DNA of 64,000 bases from contig JAVKIP010000003.1 in NCBI GenBank assembly GCA_031459385.1, positions 96,001-160,000 of the forward strand, written 5' to 3'. The notes below the pieces were generated by a model, which saw nothing but the letters and a program-made list of their open reading frames with translations, searched no databases and was not told the origin of the DNA. Positions 59,812 to 64,000 of this stretch are shown one piece after another. Source of the stretch: Candidatus Fervidifonticultor secundus (GTDB taxonomy: Bacteria; Sysuimicrobiota; Sysuimicrobiia; Sysuimicrobiales; Humicultoraceae). Made by a program: the position numbers and the translations under genes. Numbering within the stretch: the first letter of the stretch is position 1; each line of letters starts with the position of its first letter.

Positions 59812-60356
59812 GGCGTGACACACAACGACTCCTCGACCGCGCCTGGCGGACGTTCCTGGGAGCGCGCATGGTGGCTCGCCGGGGCAACGGGGATCTCGTC
59901 GCGGTGCTGGCATACCGGGCAATGGAAACCGTCGCCCGGGCGCTGTTGGTCCAGCAGCAGATCTACTGCGGGGCCTCAGACGACGTGCGCGAGCAGTTCA
60001 CGCGCCGGCTGGTCGGCGAAGATGCGCGCACCCGGCGATGGCTCCAGTGGATGCTGGACGCGCGCGACATGTGCGCGCAGGCAGAGGTCGAGGGGGATGC
60101 GCCCATCAGCGACGATGCAGCCCGCAGGCTGATCGAACGGGCAGGGACCATGGTGCGCGAGGCCCGCGACGCCCTCTGGCTCGATGCGGCGCGACGTCGC
60201 GGCAGTCTGCTCCTCGATCCGCGCCCGGCTACAGGAGGGGATCCTCCTCTCGAACCTCGACCCGCGCCAGGTCCACCCCTGCTGCCTCCAGCAACGACCG
60301 TGCCAGGGGATCGGGGTAGTCGCCAGCAAACACGACGCGCCGGATCCCGGCGTTGA
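59808..60356 (+). CDS. HEPN-like domain protein (degenerate)
   Basis: LDRA...A...G....AYRAME..ARALL helical HEPN pattern; GTGA overlap with the upstream gene. Confidence 0.55.
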   Translation: MRRDTQRLLDRAWRTFLGARMVARRGNGDLVAVLAYRAMETVARALLVQQQIYCGASDDVREQFTRRLVGEDARTRRWLQWMLDARDMCAQAEVEGDAPISDDAARRLIERAGTMVREARDALWLDAARRRGSLLLDPRPATGGDPPLEPRPAPGPPLLPPATTVPGDRGSRQQTRRAGSRR

Positions 60357-60696
60357 GGAGCATCTTGGCACAGGTCAGGCATGGCTGGTGTGTCACGTAG
60401 ATGGCGGCGCCGTTGATGCTGACCCCGTGGTAGGCGGCCTGGATCACGCAGTTCATCTCCGCGTGAATGCACAGGCAGGTGTCGTGCCCGGTACCCGACG
60501 GCACCGGGCCGGCGCAGCGGGCGCAGCCTCCATCTCCGCAGTTGGGGACGCCGCGGGGCGTGTCGTTGTACCCCGTGGAGAGCACCATCCGGTCCTTGAC
60601 GATGACGGCTCCCACCCGCCGCCGCCGACACGTCGACCGGCTCGAGGCGAGGTGGGCGATTCGCATGAAGTACTCATCCCAGGATGGCCGCATCAT
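60229..60696 (-). CDS. dCMP deaminase (ComEB-like)
   Basis: RPSWDEYFM, RSTC..R.VGAVIV, HAE, PCLTC. Confidence 0.93.
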   Translation of the reverse strand: MMRPSWDEYFMRIAHLASSRSTCRRRRVGAVIVKDRMVLSTGYNDTPRGVPNCGDGGCARCAGPVPSGTGHDTCLCIHAEMNCVIQAAYHGVSINGAAIYVTHQPCLTCAKMLLNAGIRRVVFAGDYPDPLARSLLEAAGVDLARVEVREEDPLL

Positions 60697-60737
60697 CGAT
60701 CCCCCTCCGGCCTCTGCGCAGCCAGCGCGCAACGCCG

Positions 60738-62516
60738 CTACCCGCCCCCAGGGGTTCGCGACGTGGTGCGGCGATTTCCCCGCGGCTCACTCACCGGAGG
60801 CGCGCCGGCCAGCACCTCGAACCCCAGCGCGGCCCCGCGGGCCACGAAGTACTCGATCTCCTCGGTCCGGGTGCGGTCGCCCAGGCTCACGCGGTCGTAT
60901 GCCCGCTCGAGCCCGATGATCACCGTCTCGGCCAGACACGCTGGCACCTTGCCCGGGCCGTAGCCGAAGTCGAGCTGCCCTCCCGGGGTCCCGGGAAGGC
61001 GCACGACCCCCCCGGCCACCACCTCGACCCCCTCCACAGCGGCCACGGCCGGATGCACGTCAGGTGGACGTCCCAGGTCGATGAGCAGCGCGCCAGGCTT
61101 CACGTGCTCGGGGTACACCACGGGCGTCGGCTCGGAGGTGGCCGCAAAGATCACGTCGGCATCGCGCAGGGCAGCGTATGCGGTCGTGGCGTCGACCTGG
61201 AGCCCCGGATGCCGCCGCGCCAGCAACTCCCGGGACCGCTCGAGCCGGTCCTGGTGGCGGCCGAGCATCACCAGGCGCCGCACGTGCCCGGCGACGGCCC
61301 GGCAGATGCCGAAGCCGACCACGCCGCTGGCGCCGACCACGGCCGCTGTCACCTCCGCGGGATCGACGCCGCGCAGGCGCAGCCGCTCCAGTACGAAGGG
61401 CACGACCATCTTCACTGTCCCGGCCGTGTAGGCGCCGCCGTTGGTGATGGCGATCGGCGAGCGGGCCTGGACGTCGGTCCCCTTGTTGCCGACCACCGAC
61501 CAGTACGCGCCCAGCCCCAGCACCGTGGCACCGAGGTTGGCGGCCAGCTGTGCCGCCTCCACCGCCCGCCGCACCGCCAGGTCCGGCTCGGCCTGGATCT
61601 GGTCGGGGAACAGCGGCACGCCGATGAGGTAGACGCGCACCCGCCGGCCGTCGGCTGTGACGATCGGGTGCACATCGTCCACCTTCATGGGCCGCACGTG
61701 GCGCGCCAGCAGCCGCAGCGTCCGCTCGGTCACCACGCCGCGCCGGTAGAGCGGCTCGAGCCAGCCGAACCGCCGGGCCTGCCAGAAGTCGGCCGCCGTC
61801 ATGGGGTGAATCAGGAACGCGCAGACCGCGTCCTCGCCGGGGCGGCCAGGCAGCGGCAGGCGCTCGTGCACCCGCGGCTCGGTCCCGTCGGCGATCCTGG
61901 CCAGGTGTTCCTTGTAGTTCCAGAGAGTGACCAGCGCGTAGGCCAACGCGCCTGCCACGTAGGGCACCGGCGCACGCGTGAGCGCCAGCAGTGCGGGTAG
62001 GGTGGCGGAGGCCAGCACTGTGGCGAGCGAGAGAAACCCCCACCGACCCCATGCGAACCGGGGGAAGCCCAGCGTTATCGCCGCCACGAGCGCCGGGATG
62101 ACCACTGCGGCCCCTGCGATCCCGCCTGCGGCGGCCAGCGCACCCAGCGCGCCGGCGGCGGCGACCACCCCTTTCACCCGCACGCCGGCCGGTGGCGGCA
62201 GGAAGACCTGCGGCGACCGGGCGTGACTGACCAGGAGCACGGCGACCGCCAGCACGAGCCCCCAGCCCCCGACCCCGAGCCACGACGCCACGAGCACCGC
62301 CAGCGCGCCCTTGGCCAGATCCAGGGCGGCGGCCAGGGCAACCGTGCGGGCGCCGGCCGCCGCCAGGACGCCGTGGAGGCCCAGGTTGTGCGGCGAGTAC
62401 CGCCGCACGTCCATGCCCCCCAACCACCGGCCCGCCAGGTACCCGGTGGGGACGGCCCCCAGGACTGCGGCGGCGAGTGCGGCCAGCAACGTCGCGCCCA
62501 GTGGGGACGCCATCAC
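60738..62516 (-). CDS. Fusion of a PlsY-like membrane domain and an acyl-ACP-reductase-like NAD(P)-binding domain
   Basis: N-terminal LGAVPTGY, DVR, NLG, DLAKG, KGV, RIADGTE; C-terminal AFLIHP, GLGA, ITNGGAYT, VVGASG, ACLAET. Confidence 0.78.
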   Translation of the reverse strand: MMASPLGATLLAALAAAVLGAVPTGYLAGRWLGGMDVRRYSPHNLGLHGVLAAAGARTVALAAALDLAKGALAVLVASWLGVGGWGLVLAVAVLLVSHARSPQVFLPPPAGVRVKGVVAAAGALGALAAAGGIAGAAVVIPALVAAITLGFPRFAWGRWGFLSLATVLASATLPALLALTRAPVPYVAGALAYALVTLWNYKEHLARIADGTEPRVHERLPLPGRPGEDAVCAFLIHPMTAADFWQARRFGWLEPLYRRGVVTERTLRLLARHVRPMKVDDVHPIVTADGRRVRVYLIGVPLFPDQIQAEPDLAVRRAVEAAQLAANLGATVLGLGAYWSVVGNKGTDVQARSPIAITNGGAYTAGTVKMVVPFVLERLRLRGVDPAEVTAAVVGASGVVGFGICRAVAGHVRRLVMLGRHQDRLERSRELLARRHPGLQVDATTAYAALRDADVIFAATSEPTPVVYPEHVKPGALLIDLGRPPDVHPAVAAVEGVEVVAGGVVRLPGTPGGQLDFGYGPGKVPACLAETVIIGLERAYDRVSLGDRTRTEEIEYFVARGAALGFEVLAGAPPVSEPRGNRRTTSRTPGGG

Positions 62517-62541
62517 GCCCGCCCCGTCACACCGCGTCCGG

Positions 62542-63171
62542 CTACTTCGTCCCGAACAGGCGGTCCCCGGCGTCGCCCAGGCCGGGCACGATGTAGCCCT
62601 TCTCGTTCAGGTGACTGTCCACCGCGGCAGTATAGATGGCCACGTCCGGGTGCGTGCGGTGCACCTTCTCGATGCCCTCGGGAGCGGCGATGATCGCCAT
62701 GACCTGGATGCGGCGACAGCCGGCGCGCTTGAGGGTGTCGATGGCAGCCACGGTGGAGCCCCCGGTCGCCAGCATCGGATCGAGGATCATCGCCTGGCGC
62801 TCGGCGATGTCGGGCGGCAACTTGACGAAGTAGCTCACGGGCTGCAGGGTGTCGTGCTCGCGGTAGATGCCGATGTGCCCCACCCGGGCCGTGGGCATCA
62901 GACGCATGATGCCGTTCTCCATGATGAGCCCTGCCCGCAGGATCGGCACCACGGCGATCTCCTGCCCTGCGATCGACCACCCCGTGGTCCTCGCCAGCGG
63001 CGTCTCGACGTCGACCTCGCGGACCGGGTGGGACCGCGTCGCCTCGAACGCCATGAGCATGGCCAGCTCCTCGGTGAGCTCCCGGAACTCCTTGTGCCCG
63101 GTGCGCCGGTCGCGCAGGATCGTCAGCTTGTGCCTGATGAGCGGGTGGTCGAACACGTGCAGATCGCGCAC
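62542..63171 (-). CDS. upp: Uracil phosphoribosyltransferase
   Basis: [41 protein letters not shown]. Confidence 0.97.
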   Translation of the reverse strand: MRDLHVFDHPLIRHKLTILRDRRTGHKEFRELTEELAMLMAFEATRSHPVREVDVETPLARTTGWSIAGQEIAVVPILRAGLIMENGIMRLMPTARVGHIGIYREHDTLQPVSYFVKLPPDIAERQAMILDPMLATGGSTVAAIDTLKRAGCRRIQVMAIIAAPEGIEKVHRTHPDVAIYTAAVDSHLNEKGYIVPGLGDAGDRLFGTK

Positions 63172-63267
63172 GATGTGCCTCCTCTCGTCGCGGGCCCGGC
63201 AGGCAGGCCGCCGCGGCCCACCGAAGATTCACCATAACACACCCGTACAGCCTCCCGGGAGGCCACC

Positions 63268-64000
63268 ATGGCGCTGGCCGCACAGGACCCTGAACTCTAC
63301 ACCTGGCTGGAGCGCGAGCGCGCGCGCCAGCGCGACGGCGTCGAGCTGATCCCCTCGGAGAACTACGCGTCGCCGGCGGTGCTGGAGGCGATGGGATCGG
63401 TCCTCACCAACAAGTACTCGGAGGGCTACCCCGGGCGCCGCTACTACGGCGGCAACGAGGTCGTGGACGAGATCGAGCGGCTCGCCCAGCGCCGGGCGCA
63501 GCAGCTCTTCGGGGTGCCCCACGTCAACGTGCAGCCCTACTCCGGCAGCCCGGCCAACCTGGCCGTCTACCTGGCCACCTGCCAGCCCGGCGACGTGATC
63601 ATGGGCCAGAACCTGCCCGACGGCGGCCACCTGACCCACGGGTGGAAGGTGAGCGCCACCGGCATCTTCTACCGCAGCGTGCCCTACCACGTGCGGCCCG
63701 ACGGCTACATCGACTTGGAGGAGGTGCGCCAGCTGGCGCAGGCACAGCGGCCGCGGCTGCTCTGGTGCGGGGCGACCGCCTACGTGCGCGAGTTCCCCTT
63801 CGCCGCCCTGGCGGAGGTCGCGAACGAGGTCGGCGCCTACTTCGCCGCCGACATCGCCCACATCGCCGGTCTCGTCGCCGGCGGAGTGCACCCGAGCCCG
63901 GTGCCCCACGCGCACATCGTGACCACCACCACCCACAAGACGCTGCGCGGCCCGCGTGGGGCGATGATCATGGTGACCGAACGTGGCCTGGCCAAGGATC
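63268..64000 (+). CDS. glyA: Serine hydroxymethyltransferase (5' part, runs off the window)
   Basis: [42 protein letters not shown]. Confidence 0.97.
   Translation, partial: MALAAQDPELYTWLERERARQRDGVELIPSENYASPAVLEAMGSVLTNKYSEGYPGRRYYGGNEVVDEIERLAQRRAQQLFGVPHVNVQPYSGSPANLAVYLATCQPGDVIMGQNLPDGGHLTHGWKVSATGIFYRSVPYHVRPDGYIDLEEVRQLAQAQRPRLLWCGATAYVREFPFAALAEVANEVGAYFAADIAHIAGLVAGGVHPSPVPHAHIVTTTTHKTLRGPRGAMIMVTERGLAKD

Overview
GC-rich bacterial chromosome window, probably from an Armatimonadota/CSP1-3-like organism (inferred from gene style only). Most of it is housekeeping and metabolic: a TRAP transporter, cofE/npdG, an M16 peptidase pair, dinB, corA, pncB, GNAT plus OSBS/NSAR, phnDCEE, UPF0182, a fabF cluster, pth, rplY, ppa, coaX/coaBC, pit, a DEAD-box helicase, upp and glyA. 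The main feature is a 15.5-kb island (37278-52782) with four paralogous four-gene type IV minor-pilin cassettes (FimT/PilV/PilW/PilX-like). Each ends in a different large Cys-rich PilX-N adhesin-like protein. Three cassettes sit directly behind a c-di-GMP-I (GEMM-I)-type riboswitch whose closing stem contains the putative ribosome-binding site. Other notable signals: an LMW-PTP/ArsC gene with an in-frame UGA exactly at the catalytic Cys and a SECIS-like hairpin (candidate selenoprotein); a DEAD-box helicase that appears to start at AUU; a structured ~150-nt RNA/14-aa sORF unit with a 13-nt anti-16S match; a PlsY/acyl-ACP-reductase fusion; a kinase/NDT fusion; and a catalytically degenerate AbrB-MNT/HEPN pair. 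All calls come from motif recognition by eye; no searches were run.
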